A stretch of 64,000 nt of DNA from Felis catus (lineage: Eukaryota): contig NC_058368.1 of assembly GCF_018350175.1 (NCBI RefSeq), positions 152,150,001 through 152,214,000 of the forward strand, read 5' to 3'. This document shows, one piece after another, positions 38,551 through 53,050 of the stretch (position 1 is the stretch's first letter; every line of letters starts with the position of its first letter). Both the position numbers and the translations under genes were made by a program. Under the pieces are notes generated by a model. It saw only the letters and a program-made list of their open reading frames with translations. It did not search any database and had not been told where the DNA came from.

Positions 38551-38768
38551 GGGGCACCTGGGTAGCTCAGTTAAGCATCTGACTCTTGATTTCAGCTCAG
38601 ATCATGATCTCACGGTTTGTGAGATTGGGTCTCACATCAGTCTTTGTACTAACAGTGTGGAGCCTGCTTGGGATTCTCTCTCTCCCAATCTCTCTGCCCC
38701 TCCCCCACTTGCACATATGCTCGCTCGCTCTCTTTCTCTCTCAAAATAAATAAATAAACTTAAAAAAA
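38551..38768 (+). mobile_element. Can-SINE (older type)
   Basis: ggggcacctgggtagctcag head; ctcttgatttcagctcag; A tail. Confidence 0.9.
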
Positions 38769-41480
38769 TTAGTTTAGAAGGTGAATAGAAGATGGTGGTG
38801 GAGTAGGAGGATCCTATGACCACCTCATCCCATGAATACAGCTAGACAACTATCAAAGCATCCAATATCCCAGAAATCAGTCTGAAGACTGGCAGAACAA
38901 ACTCCTCAACTAAAGGTACAGAAGAGGCCACACTGAATAAGGTAGGAAGTGTGGAGATGTGGCTTGGGAGAGAAATGGATCATGGGTACTATGGTGGGGA
39001 AAAAGCCATGGTTGTAGAGAAGGGTGAGAGGCAGACTAGCACACAAGGGAACACAAAGGAAAACAAATCCCCATAGCAATATGTTTGGAAAGCAAGAGGG
39101 CCTGAATTTTGTGAGTTCTTGTAAACAAGGGGGTTTAAAGTCTAGAGTTTTAAAGGTCAGCATGATTGGTTCTAGGAGACCTGGGAAGACATGGGGGCTG
39201 TTCTTAGAGAAAAGGCAGGGCAAATGGCCTTTAGACATAAATCACAGAAACAGTGATCTGAAGAGTTCCTGGGGCACACAGTGGGGAGGTTAGTTGCTCA
39301 TCTAGGAGCGTGTCCCAGGGAGGCAGCATTGAGAGAGAGAGATCCCTCCAGGAACAAAGGAACTGGCATGTGTCATTTTCCTCTCCTATCCTTCAGCATA
39401 AGCACAGGGCCATCTGCAGGAACCAGGGTAGTTATAGAAACACTTTCTACCTAACTTGCTTGCATCAACCCTCCTTACCCCCCACACTCTGGAAGAACCA
39501 CCCTTCCTACTCATGCTTGCCTCAGTCTCAGTGCAGCAAGCCCCCCACCCCCACTCCCCGCCAGAAAACCAGCTCCAACTCCGGCAAACACTGTATCTCT
39601 TGACCTGGGAGTTTTGCAAGGCCTCAATTCTGGTGGCAGCAGCAACAGGTCTCATTTCACAAGAAGACCAAGTTTAACTAACACCTAGTTAAAACATGCC
39701 ACATTCAGGCCAGGGACCAAACACTGCCCATAAGAGGCAAAGAGAGCCTCTGCAGATAATTTGACTGAAGGATAAGCAGTCAGGACACAACAACAGAATG
39801 CATGTAGCACACATTGGAGACACTCCTGGAAGTGCCAGGCCCTGGGCAATTGGGAATACTACAAAGCAAGGCACTATAGAATCTCTCCTTCACAGGGCTG
39901 CAACTCTAAAAAAATGGGGATATAGCCAACTTTCCTAACACATAGAAACAGGCACAGAGACTTAGACAAAATGAAAAGACAGAGGAATTTGTCCTAAATA
40001 AAAGAATAGAACAAGGCCACAGCCAGAGATCTAAGAAAAACAGATATAAGTAACATACCTGATAGAGAATTTAAAGCAATGATCATAAAGGTACTCACTG
40101 GGCTTGAGAAAAGAGTGAAAGACATGAGTGAGACTCTTAACACAGAAATAAGGAATAATATAGCAGAGATAAAGGGTTCAATAAACAAAATGAGAAACAT
40201 GATTGATGGAATGAACATCAGGATGAAAGCAAAGGAATGAATTAGTAATCTCGAAGAAAGAGCAATGGAAGAGAGAAAGCTGAAGAGAGAAAAAAGAATT
40301 ATGTAAAACAAGAATAGATTTAGGAAATTCAATAACTCCATCAAACATTATAACATTCATATTATAGGAATGTTAAAAGAAAAAAAGAGAGAAAAGGTGG
40401 AAGAAAATAATTTGAAAAAATAATAGCTGAAAACTTATCTAATCTAAGGAAAGAAACAGATATCTAGATCCAGGAAACACAGAGAACTCCCATCAAAATC
40501 AACAAAACAAGACATATTATAATTAAAATGGCAAATACAGTGATGAAGAAAAAAATTAAAAGAAAACAGACAAAAGAAATCAGTAACTTACAAGGGAAAA
40601 CCTATAGGCTAGCAGGAGATTTTTCACCAGAAACTTTACAAAACAGAAGGGAGTGACATGGTATATTCATGGTATACTGGACAGGAAAAGTGTGCAGCCA
40701 AGAATATTCTGTCCATCAAGGTTATCATTCAGAACAGAAAGAAAGATAAAGAATTTCCCCAAACAAAAACTAAAGGAGTTCATGACCACTAAACCAGCCA
40801 TGCAAGAAATATTAAAGAAGACTCTTTGAGTGGAAAAGAAAGACCAAAAATGACAGCATGAGGCTAGGAAACAGAAAAGCAATAAAAATGAATACTTCTG
40901 TAAAAAAAAAAATCAGTCAAGGAAAACACACAATAAAAGGATGTAAAATATGACACCATATACATAAAATGTGGGGAAGAATAAAGAATGGGTTCAAACT
41001 TAAATGACCATCAACTTAACACAGACTGCTATGAGGCAAAGATAGTATACACAAATCTAATGGTAAACGCAAATAAAAAACCACTACTAAATATATAAAA
41101 AGTAAAGACAAGGAAATCCAAGTATATCACTAAAGAAAACCAGTGAACCATTAAAGAGAGACAGACAAGAAAGGATCAGAGAAAGTCTTCAGAAACAACC
41201 ACAAAACAAGTAATAAAACAGCTATAAATACATATTTATCAATAATTACTTTGAATGTAAATAGACTAAATGCTCCAACCAAAAGACAAAGGGTGACAAA
41301 ATGGATTAAAGAACAAGATCCATCTATATGCTGTCTCTGAGAGACTCCTTTTAGACCTAAAGACACCAGAAAAATGAGAGTGAAGGGATAAAGAAACATT
41401 TATGATACAAATGGAGGTCAAAACAAAGCAAAGGTAACAATATTTATATTGGACAAAATAAACTTTAAAAGAAAGACTGT

Positions 41481-41692
41481 GGTGGCGCCTGTGTGGTTCA
41501 CTCAGTTAAGTGCCCAACTTCAGCTCAGGTCCTGATCTCATAGTTTGTGAGTTCAAGCCCCATGTCAGGCTCTGTGCTGACAGCTTGGAGCCTGGAGCCT
41601 GCTTCGATTCTGTGTCTCATTCTCTCTCTGCTCCTCCCCCACTTGTGCTCTATCTCTCTCTCTCAAAAATAAATGTAAAAAAAATTTTTTTT
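41481..41692 (+). mobile_element. Can-SINE nested in L1 ORF2 endonuclease region
   Basis: Typical body; TSD aaagaaagactgt. Confidence 0.92.
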
Positions 41693-44359
41693 AAAGAAAG
41701 ACTGTAATGAGACAAAGAAGGACACTATATAATAATTAAGGGGAAAAATCCAAAAAGAAGATAAAACAATTGTAAATATTTATGTACCCAATATGGAAGC
41801 AACCAAATATAACAGTTAACAACAAACATAAAGGGACTAATCAATAATAATACAATAATAGTAGGGGACATTAACACCCCACTTACATCAATGGACAGAC
41901 TGTCTAAACAGAAAATCAAGAAGGAAACAGTGGCTTTGAATGATACACTGGACCATGTGGATTTAACAGATATATTCAGAACATTCCATCCTAAAACAGA
42001 AGAATATACATTCTTTTCAACCGCACATGGAACATTTTCCAAAATAGATCACATATTAGGCTAGAAAACAAGCCTCAACAAATTCAAAAAGATCAAAGTA
42101 ATACCATGCATCTTTTCTGACCACGATACTATGAAACTAGAAGTCAACCACAAGAAAAAATCTAAAAAGATCATAAACACGTGGAGGTTAAACACATACT
42201 ACTAAATAATGGATGTGTTAATAGGAAATAAAAGAAAAAAGCAAAACAGTACAGGGAAACAAATGAAAATGAAAACAAAATGATCCAAAACCTTTGGGAC
42301 ACAACAAAAGTAGTTCTAAGGGGGATGCTTATAGCAATACAGGCCTATCTCAAGAATCAAGAAAAATCTCAAATAACCTAACTTTATACCTAAAGGAGTT
42401 AGGAAAAAACAACACACAAAACCTAAAAAATAGCAGAAGGAAGGACATAATACAGATTAGAGCAGAAATAATTTACATGGAAACTAAAAAAACAATAGAT
42501 CGATGAAACCAGAAGCTGGTTCTTTGAAAAAAAGCAACCAAATTTCTAAACTTTTAGCCAGATTTATCAAGAAAAATGAGAGAAAGGACCCAAATAAATA
42601 AAATCACAAATGAGAGAGGAGAAATAACAACCACCACAGAAATACAAACAAGTATAAGAGAATACTATGAAAAACTATATGCCAACAAAGTGGACAACCT
42701 AGAGGAAATGGATAAATTCCTAGAAACATAAAACCTACCAAAACTGAACGAAGAAGAAATAGAAAGTTTAAACAGAATGATTAACAGCAAAGAAATGGAA
42801 TCAATAATTGAAACACTCCCAACAAATGAAAGTTCAGGACCAGATAGCTTCACAGGCAATGTTAATACATTTAATAAAGAAGTATTAACTCTTCTGTAAA
42901 TGTTTGAAACTCTATCATATTTACAGGAGTTAATACCTATTCTTATCAAGCTATTCAAAAAAAAATAGAAAAGGAAGGAAAACTTCCAAATTCATTCTTT
43001 GAGGCCAGCATTACCCTATACCAAAACCAGATAAAGACACCACCAAAACAGAGAATTACAGTCCAGTACCTCTGATGAACATAGATGCAAAAGTCCTCAA
43101 CAAAATACTAACAAACCAAATCCAACAATACATTAAAAAAATCATTCATCACGATTAAGTGAGATTTATTCCTGGGTGTTAAGGGATGGTTCAATATTTG
43201 CAAATCAATCAATGTGATATATCACATCAATAAGAGAAGGGATAAGAATCCTACGATCATTTCAATAGATGCAGAAAAAGCACTTGCCAAAGTAAAACAT
43301 CCATTCATGATAAAAATCCTCAACAAAGTACATTTAGAGGGAAAATATATCAAGATAATAAAGGCCATATGTGAAAAACCTACAGCTAACATCATCCTTA
43401 ATGGGGAAAACTGAAAGCCCTTCCCCTAAGGTCAGGAACAAGACAAGGATGTCCACTATCACCACATTTATTCACCAGAGTAGTGGAAGTCCTAGCCACA
43501 GAAATCAGACAACAAAAAGAAATAAAATGCATTCAAATTGGTAAGGAAGAAGTCAAACTTTCATTTTTTGCAGATGAATGTGATACTATATATAGAAAAC
43601 CCAAAAGACCCCACCAAACAACTGCTAGAACTAATAAATTCAGTAAAGTTACAGGATACAAAATCAATCTACAGAAACTTGTTATATTTCTATATGCCAA
43701 TAATGAAGCAGCAGGAAGAGAAATTAAGAAAACAATCCTATTTACAATTGCACCAAAAATAGTAAGATACTTAGGAACAAACTTAACCAAAGAGGTAAAA
43801 GACCTGTATTCTAAAAACTATCAAACACTTATGAAAGAAATTGAAGACTACACAAAGAAATGGAAAACATTCCATGCTCATGGATTGATGGAACAAATAT
43901 TGCCGAAATGTTCTACTTCCCAAAGCAATCTACATATTTAATACAATCCCTATCAAAACACCAACAGCATTTTTCACAGAAATAGAACAAACAATTCTAA
44001 AATTTGTATGGAATGAAAAAAGACCTCCAATAGCTAAAACAATCTTGAAAAAGAAAAGCATAGCTGGAGGCATCACGATTCCAGACTTCAAGTTATATGA
44101 GAAAGCTGTAGTAATCAAAACAGTATGGTAAAAGCACACAAATAGACACAGATTAGTGGAACACAACAGAAAATCCAGAAATAAACCCACAATTATATGA
44201 TCAGTTTAATCTTTGACAAAGCAGGAAAGAATATCCAATGGGAAAAAGACAGCCTCTTCAACAAATGGTTTTGGGAAAACTGGATGGCACCATGCAAAAA
44301 AATGAAACTGGACCACCTTTTTATACCAAAAACAAAAATACATTCCAAGTGGATTAAAG

Positions 44360-44573
44360 AGGGCGCCTGGGGGGTTCAGCTGGTTAAGTGTCTAACTCTT
44401 GATTTCAGCTGAGGTCATAATATCACACTCATGAGACTGAGCCTCACACTAGACTCCATGTGGGGCATGGAGTCTGCTTATGATTCTCTCTCTCCCTTTC
44501 CCCGTTTCTCCCCAGATCACACACTCTTCCTCATATTCTCTCCCTCTCTCACTCTCTCTCTCTCTCAAAAAAA
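44360..44573 (+). mobile_element. Can-SINE (older) nested in L1 ORF2
   Basis: gggcgcctgggggttcag-like head; imperfect TSD tggattaaaga/tgtattaaaga. Confidence 0.85.
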
Positions 44574-46199
44574 ATGTATTAAAGACCCAAATGTGCAATC
44601 TAAAACCATAAAAATCTTAGAAAAGAACACAGAAAGTAATTTCTCTAATACCAGCTGTCGTAATCTTTTCTAAATAAATCCCTTGAGGCAAGAAAAATAA
44701 AAGCAAAAATAAACTACTGGGACTTGATCAAAACATAAAGCTTCTACACAGCAAAGGAGACAAAAACTAAAACTAAATCAGCAAACTAATCAACTAATCT
44801 AAAACTAATCAACAAAACTAAAAGGCCACATACTGAATGAGAAAAGATATTTGCAAATGATATATCCAATAGAAGTTTACTATCCAAAATATATAAAGAA
44901 CTAATACAACTCAAAACCCAAAAAACAAATAATCCAATTAAAAAATGGGTAGAAGCCACGAATAGGCATTTCTCCAAAGAAGACATCCAGATGGCTAACA
45001 GACACATGAAAAGATGATCATCATCACTTCCCATCAAGGAAACACAAATCAAAACAAGAATCACCTCAAACCTTTCAAAATGGCTAAAATAAAAAACACA
45101 AGAAACAACAGTATTGAAAAGGATGTGGAGAAAAAGGAACTCTTCCACTGTTGGTGGGAATGTAAACTGGTGCAGCCACTCTGAAAAAGAATATGGAGTT
45201 TACTCAAAAAGTTAAAAATAGAAGGAACCTACAACCCAGCAATCGCACTATTGGTATTTACCCAAAGAATACAAAAACACTATTTCAAAGGGTTATATGC
45301 ACCCCTGTTTATAGGGATTATTTCTAATAGCCAAGATATGGAAACAGCCCAAGTGTCCAATGACTAATGAACAGATAAAGAAGTGGGATACACATACAAT
45401 GGCATATTATTCAACCATAAGAAGGAATGAAATCTTGCCATTTGAAATGACCTGGATGGAGCTAGAGACCATAATACTATGTGAAGTAAGTCAGCCAGAG
45501 AAAGACAAATACCATACGATTTCACTCATATGTGGAACTTAAAAAACAAAAAAGAGATGGAGGCAAACCAAGAAACAGACTCTTAACAACAGAAAACAAA
45601 CTGATGGTTATCAGGGAGGAGATGGGTGGGGGAATGGGTGAAATAGGTGATAGGGATTAAGGAGTGGAGTTGTCATGATGAGCAACTGAAAACAAACAAA
45701 CAAACAAAACACATTAACTGAAAAAAGCAAATTATAGGGAAAAACATTTTAATATTAGTTTCTAGGCACAATCTTATTTCCTTCACTTCCAAATTATTCA
45801 AGGAAGCTTCACCTTAAACCTCATGCAATCAATCTAAAGATTCTCTTTCACATTATTCTTCAGTTCCTTGAAAATCCACATCAAATTAGAGAAATTAGAG
45901 AACTGATTATAGGATGTTTAAGTTTCCTGTCTCACCCTAAAAGACTCAACTATAAGCCATCCAGGAACCTTCACGGTGAGTCATGAGAAGAATGTAGAAC
46001 CAATCGAAACAAATCCAATTGTACAACTTGACCCTGAAAAAGACAGTCAGTCCATGATTCACATCCAGAGTGGGGTCATGACATCAGGAAGAGGCAATAT
46101 TTGAAATACTCTGGTAGGTAATTTCATAGTGCTAATTGGGAGCTCAACTGGTGGCTAAATAAATGGGAAGATGTGACAATTTCTCAGAGGGAAGGTATA

Positions 46200-49100
46200 T
46201 TGTTAACTCACAGTAAATATTTAAGAAAACAAAGCTGACATAGCAAGATCAATAGCAGACAAAACAAAATTAAAGGCAAATAGTATTAAAGAGATAAAGA
46301 GAACCTATATAATATTAAAACAATTCACCAATACGATATTAAAACTGACTTTACATATACCTAAAAAGATAACGCTAAATAGATTTAAAAAATACTTAAC
46401 AGAATTGCAACAAAAATACTGACAAAACCTCAATCAAAATGGGATATGTTAGCATTTCTCTTTCTGTAACTGACAAAACAAAGAGACAAAAAAAGGAAAA
46501 GAGATATACAAAATTTGAACAACACATTTAGATGACTCTATTAGATATATTTAGAACACTGCAGTCCCCAAAATATAAAACATATATTCTTTTTAAGCAC
46601 AGACACTTTTACATATATTGATCAAGTGTTAGGTCATAAGGAAATTTCAACAAATAAAAAAAAATCACTACCATACAGATCATGCTGTCTGACCATAGTT
46701 AAATAAGAAATGAGTAATAAAAATATCATACAGTACATGTTGGAAACTAAAAATACATTTCAAAATAGCTCTTATGTTAAATCATAAATATGTAAATAAA
46801 GCATATGATAAACAGTAAATCATTAAATAATGCATTGGTAAAGAAGAGGAAATTTTGAAATATTTAAAATTGAATGGCAATGAAAGAATTGCATTAAAAA
46901 AAATAGTGGACTTCATCTAATGCAAAATTTAGAGGTAAGTTTATAATCCGAAATAGATTTGTTAAAAAATAAGGATGATTCAAAATAATTAGCAGAGAAT
47001 TCAGAAAACCAGCAAAAGAGCAAAGTAAAATCAAAGAAATAGGCAAGATGGTAAATTAGGATGACAAAAGTTAAAATAGAAAAATTATAGAAATTATCAA
47101 CAAAGTTGGGTACATTAGAATAACTAGTAGAAAAATACTTAGCAGACTGAGAGAAAAAATTATAAGTTTTAAAGGTTTAAAGAAGGATATATATAGAATA
47201 TAATCATTGAAAGAGTAAAGAATTTTAACATCATAGTGCTATAAGCAAATAAATGACAACACATTATTCAATTTCAATGAAATTTACTTTTCTAGAAAAA
47301 TATACACTATCAAAAATAACTAAAGAATAATGGAAACTTAAAAGGATCATGAACGTTCAAAAACACAAATCATTAATCCCAAAGCCATTCCCATGAAAAA
47401 GATATGAACCAGAGACAATTTTAGAAACAATGATACAGTGGCATCTGGGTGGCTCAGTCAGCTAAGCGTCCAACTCTTGATTTTGACCCAGGTCATGATC
47501 TCACGGTTCCTGAGTTCGAGCTCTGCCTTCAGGCTTCACGCTGTGCAGAGCCTACTAGGGATTCTCTCTCTCTCCATCTCTCTCTCTCTCTGCCCCTCCC
47601 CTGCTTGAGTGCACTCACTCTCTCTTTCTCTCTCTCTCTCTAAAAATAAATAAATGAACTTAAAAAAATCTGATCTATAAATAAATAAATAAATAAATAA
47701 AGCTACAAAGCTTTTCAATAAACAGATAATTTCCATTTTTTGAAATCTGCTCAGGAAATCTGAAAAGAAAAAAAGCTATCCAGCTCATTTCATGAGGCTA
47801 GCATAAGTATCATTCCCAAGCCAGACAAAACTATTCATGAAACCTAAAAAACAGATTCTAAAATTTATACCTAAGAATAAAGAACCAAAAATAACTATGG
47901 CAATTTTGAAGAAGAAAGAGGAGGAAAAGGAGTTTACTGAACAATAGAACATAATAAAGAGCCCAAAAATGTATCTACACATGAATGGCAACTTTCGATA
48001 GACCAAATATTTATACTTTGATGAGAAAAGAACAGTTTATTTAATAAAAAATGCTGGATCCCTTTGCTAATTACATAGAAAACAATTTATTGTTTCTCCA
48101 TGAATAGGAGTATCAAGTAGAATAAGGAAATTGGATCCCTCTCTACAGCACTTACAAAATCAATTCCAGATACCTTAAAAAAAACTATTACGTAAAGGAT
48201 AAAAGTTGAAAACTTTTAGGAGAAAATTTTAGAGACTATTTTATGGCCACAGTAAAGAAAAATATGTCTTAAATAACAAACATAAAAGCAGGGTGGGAGA
48301 GTAAATTGACTATATTAAAGTTTAAAACTGTGCTATGACAATAGATTCCACAAACTTAGCTAAAAGACACATTCATTTAATTTCAAGACATATGCTTAGA
48401 AAACATAATTGTATACTGTATAACAAACAAGATGAAAGTATTCCTAATATATAAAATACAACAGTAAGCAAAGTAAAATTATCAAATAGAAAAATGGGCA
48501 ACAGTTATGTACCTTCCCAAATGGGAAAAGCTCAATGTCGAATAAATATATTAACATGTACTCAACCTCCTCCACTTGAATCAAGGAAATACAAATTAAA
48601 AAAAAAAAAAAAACAGCATTTTACCCCCAAAATATAGGGGAAAAAATTTAAATGCTAAGAGTTGGTCTGAGTGTGGTAAAGAGGATCTAGTATACAATGC
48701 AAGTAACAGTGTAAATTTAAAAAGAATTTGGCAATATCTCATCAAGTTAAAGATGTATATATATTAGGTCCAAGAATTTCACTGCTGGGCATATATACTA
48801 GAATTAAATCTACATATATATATATATACATACATATACATATATATACACAAGAAGACTTAAACAATGATGTTCATTGCAGCACTTTTTGTACTAGAGA
48901 AAAACTGCAAGTTAATATCCATCAGTAAGTTAACGATATATATAAATGATATAAATACAAGTATACTTTTCTAAATGGGACACTATGGGTTAAGGTTGGT
49001 AAAACAGAATCTATGTATTAAAGCTGGATGGATTTTGAAAACATAATGGTAAATTAAGGAATTTCCAGAATGCTATACATATTGCATGCTTCCCTCTATA

Positions 49101-49410
49101 AAAATATAAAAGCACACAAACAATATTCTGTTTTTCATAGATTCATACATAAGTAGTAAAAGGAAAAAAAAGGAAAACATTTTTAGGAACCAACTTAAGG
49201 AGCATGGTGGCTCAAGAGGGGAGAGTAACAGCATCTGCAAGGACCACAGCAAAGGGGCCATAAGTTTTATCTACACTTCTATTGAAGTCTGTAGCTAAAA
49301 TGGCATGATACTACAATGCTTAAAATTTGGTAGCTATATAGGTGTTAATTACATTAATCTTTATAATTGTTTATGTGTTTTAATATGTCATAAGTTAAAT
49401 AAAAATCTCA
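46200..49410 (+). mobile_element. Ancient L1 (L1M-type) ORF2 and 3' relic, fragmented
   Basis: A-rich, with decayed ORF2 motifs (ctcatttcatgaggctagcataag; aaattggatccctctct; aaggaaatacaaattaaaa; gatgttcattgcagcac). Confidence 0.65.
47438..47700 (+). mobile_element. Can-SINE nested in old L1
   Basis: gggtggctcagtcagctaagcgtcc...gagttcgag; CT tract; (TAAA)n tail. Confidence 0.88.
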
Positions 49411-50939
49411 AGCTTCAAAAAGAGAGAAAACAAATAAAACTGGCCTCTGTCTGAATACAATTCCCTTAGGTATTGCTTATCAGACCAAAGTACCCATAAC
49501 CCTGTGAACACACAGCACTGTGCTGGGGACCCATCAAAGTCACATAAATAAGCCACATCTTCCAGGAACATCAATGTTGTTTAGGCACTAAAGAAATATA
49601 CACAATTATAATAATATAACAAACATAGATTTTCATGGGTGAGACTTTGAGTTGCCTTTTATTATCTCTAACCTTCATGTAGGTATCTCCTCCATTTTAC
49701 TCTTTCATCAATTGTCTTCACTATCCCCTACAGGTACCATTGGAGGTATTTCTGCAGAAATATTTGCCAAGCATTGCCCTAGGAGAAATCACATGACCCC
49801 ATCAAATTCCCTTCACAACAAGAATCTACACCACGATGAAGAGCCCAAAGGGACGAAATAGGCTTATATGGATTTACTCAACATTTGAACCTTTGTGTTA
49901 ATAATCCTCTTTTTTCAGCTTTATGACTTTGATGTTCATTGGAGGCATAATAGCCTGATAAATGCCAGTGGATTTCTTTTATGAATTGGGATTTGGTATG
50001 ATGCATTAATCCTAAAATGAGGGACACTGTAAACAACTTCACAAAATTCTAAGAACACGGCTAAAAAAAATGTTGATGATATTATGTAATGTCATTTTAT
50101 GAAGACTCTCAAAAGTAATTTCTTTCTGATCTGATTTCAAAAAAGTCTTTGTTTCTCCAAAGTCACTGGTTTGTCATTACATTTTGAGTAAAGTGAATTG
50201 TGGAACAGGTCATACTTTTTCTCTTTTGAGTAAGAGTGAAATGTGGCTGACCAGTGTAGGTAATGCTATTTGGTACATTTTTCTTTTTCTTTCTTTTTTT
50301 GTTTTTTTGTTAACAATTTTTGGTGTAGCTTTATATCTTCACTTTCGTTTATTTCTTCTTTAAAGCCTACTTTTTTCTATTTTGTTTAATTTTATGGAAC
50401 TCTACAAACTGCCTTAAGTCTGAAATAAACAAGAGTAAATAAATAAATAATAGCCCATAGGATAAAAATACACACTTGACAAAGTTTACCAACTATAGAT
50501 GTAATTTTTGCTGCTTAGTTAACTATTTGGGATTTTTTTAATCATGCAAATTTCTCAACTTTTGCCCTAAAATTCAATGTTTTTTTTTCTTTCAATTTAT
50601 TCTTCATTTGTTTTTAATCTGACAGTAACTATACCTCTGAACTTTGGGATCAAAGGGACAATGTAAAGGCATTGATTTCAGAGTAAAAACTGATGAAACC
50701 AAGAAATGACTGCCACAAATGAGTAAACCAAGAAATTACTCTGCCACAAATGAGTTATATAACTTTGACCATCTTAATGGGATTATACAAAGCACGTTTT
50801 CCTTGGCAAAATGTGCCCATAGGAGTGTTTCTAGTATTAAGTGGATAATGTATATAAACCATATTTTAAATCATGAAGTTGCCTAAAAATATAAATCATA
50901 AGAAAGAAAGCAAACATCCTAAGTTTGACATATAAACAT

Positions 50940-51110
50940 CTAAATTTAAGTTCCGCTTCCATTATTTACTAGCTGTGAAGCTCTGGGCAAGTCTCTTAAC
51001 CTCTAAAATCTCTGAAAAGTAGGAGTAACAAGCTACTTCAGAAATAGCTGTGAGATTAAAAATAAGGAATATACATAAAAGGGTTCTGAAAAATATAAAA
51101 TTCCATAGAA
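50940..51110 (+). mobile_element. MIR relic
   Basis: ttactagctgtgaagctctgggcaagtctcttaacctct core. Confidence 0.6.
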
Positions 51111-51629
51111 ATAAATCACTATTTCTATAAATCATTCTTTGCAGAATATATGACTACTAATTTTGTATTGCTGGAGCCTAAGACATTGCTTAAAATATAA
51201 TTGCTATCTAATAATGAGGGTAAATTGAATTGAACTACTTTTTGGAATAGAAAACATTTGTGAAATGGACTAGTTTTTTTTTTTCACATATATTTTATCT
51301 CAGAACTGTTTTTCTGAAATAACTGATTGAAAACAAAGCAAAAGAAACAAACAAACAAAGTAGGATTTCTGTTTATATACACAATGACCTTTATGGTATT
51401 TTTCCCACTGCATTGATTGGCACAATAACTAAATTTCCAAACAATTAAAAAAAAAACAGCATATTAAATAAAAGTAACTTCTGTGTTGTAAATGGTATTT
51501 TTGGAAATATCTCCCCATGCATATTTCCTTTCAGTAAACCAGTTTATCTTCCTGTGTATCATCCAACATTATCACCTGCTCATCTGACAAATATTGTATG
51601 CATGTTGACTTCATATGTACATATGTATG

Positions 51630-52175
51630 TGCACATACTCAGCATTTATTACTATGTGCCAGATACTGTTCTACTATTGGGGATACAACATTCAATCAAA
51701 CACAATTTCTACGCTCATAGAGTTTACATTCTAATAGGGGGAGATCAATAATAGAAATATGTATACAAGTAAAACATAATATTCAGATGGCTGGTAGTAT
51801 GAAGGAAGAATGAAGAAGGATAAAGGGAACAGAGAGTTGGATATGTTAAGGTGAGGTTCCTATTTTACCGAAAGTGGAGAGGAAAGTAGTCTGTCACGAG
51901 ATGATATTTGAGCAGACACCTAAGAAAAATGAGGCAGCAAGCAATGCTGATATCTGGTACATGCGAACCTTCACATACTAAGTAAAAGGTCCTGCAGTTG
52001 AAGCCCCTTCATATATTTGGGGAGCAATAAGCAAGTCCATGCACCTAGAGCAGAATGAGCAAGAGGAAAATTAGTAGGAGATGAGATTAGAGAGGTGCTG
52101 AGGGATGAGTTCACATGGTGGTTGATGAATTTTGAGTTAGATAAAATGGGAAGAATGCAGTGAAACTGAAAAGGA
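51630..52175 (-). mobile_element. LINE-2 relic
   Basis: ctatgtgccagatactgttcta...atttgagcagacacct motifs. Confidence 0.6.
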
Positions 52176-52181
52176 ATATAT

Positions 52182-53050
52182 ATGATAATTGTTCATTTTA
52201 TGTGTCAACTTGACTAGGTGACAGAGTGCCCAGATAGTTGGTTAAACATTATTTCTGAATATGTCCATGGAGGTATTTCTGGATGAGTTTAACATATGAA
52301 TCTACTAGACTTAATAAAACAGATTTCCTTCCCCAGTATGTATGGGCATCATCTGATCCATTGAGGGCCTGAACAGAAAAAAAAGGTAGAGAAAGAGAGA
52401 ACTCATTCTCTCAGCGTGAATGTCACAATGGTCTTCTACTGAATTGTCACATTGGTCTTCTCCCGCCCTCAGACTTGGACTTATATACCCTCAGCTGTCC
52501 AGCTGTCAGGCCTCTGAACTTGAATTAGAACTTACACCATCATCAGGGTGCCTGGGTGGCTCAGTCGCTTAAGTATCCGACTCAGGATTTCAGCTCAGGT
52601 CATGATTTCTCAGTTCTTGAGATGCCCCGTGGCATCCAGCTCCGCACTAGTGGAGTGGAGGCTGCTTGGGATTCTCTCCTCCTCTCTCTCTGACCCTCCC
52701 GCCCATCTCTGTGTGTGTGTGTGTCTCAAAAATAAATAAACTTTATATTAAAAAAAATAAAAGAACTCATACCATCAGCTCTCCTGGTTCTCAGGCCTTT
52801 GGACTACGATTGGAACTACATTACCAGCTTCCCTGGGTCTCTAGCTTATAGACAGCAGAGGTGGGACTTCTCAGCTACCACATTCATGTTTCCCAATTGT
52901 TTCTAATAAATTTCTTTGTATAGATAGATAGAAAGATAGATAGATACGTAGATAGATAGATGATAGATGGCTAGAAGACTAGAGCTAGAGAGAGGGAGAG
53001 GGAGTGAGAGATACTATTGATTCTGTCTCTCTGGAAAACCTTAATATAAT
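52182..53050 (+). mobile_element. MLT2 (ERVL) solo LTR with nested SINE and (GATA)n
   Basis: Start ttttatgtgtcaacttgactagg...gcccagatagttggttaaacattatttctg; end ctattgattctgtctctctggaaaacct; (GATA)n at ~52920-52970. Confidence 0.85.
52546..52760 (+). mobile_element. Can-SINE nested in MLT2
   Basis: gggtgcctgggtggctcag head; imperfect TSD agaact..accatca. Confidence 0.88.

Larger units (their letters stand above)
38780..45720 (+). mobile_element. Near full-length degraded LINE-1 (carnivore L1): 5' UTR ~38780-39970, ORF1 ~39971-40830, spacer, ORF2 ~41220-45540, 3' UTR
   Basis: gaagatgg 5' UTR start; endonuclease N-terminus SIITLNVNRLNAP (~41240); RT motifs IISIDAEKA and SFFAD(E) with frameshift (~43575); [21 protein letters not shown]; many stops and frameshifts, so non-functional. 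Confidence 0.92.

Noticed and set aside
39971..45540. Active L1 ORF1/ORF2
   Set aside because: Many stops and frameshifts, a disrupted RT FADD motif and two SINE insertions
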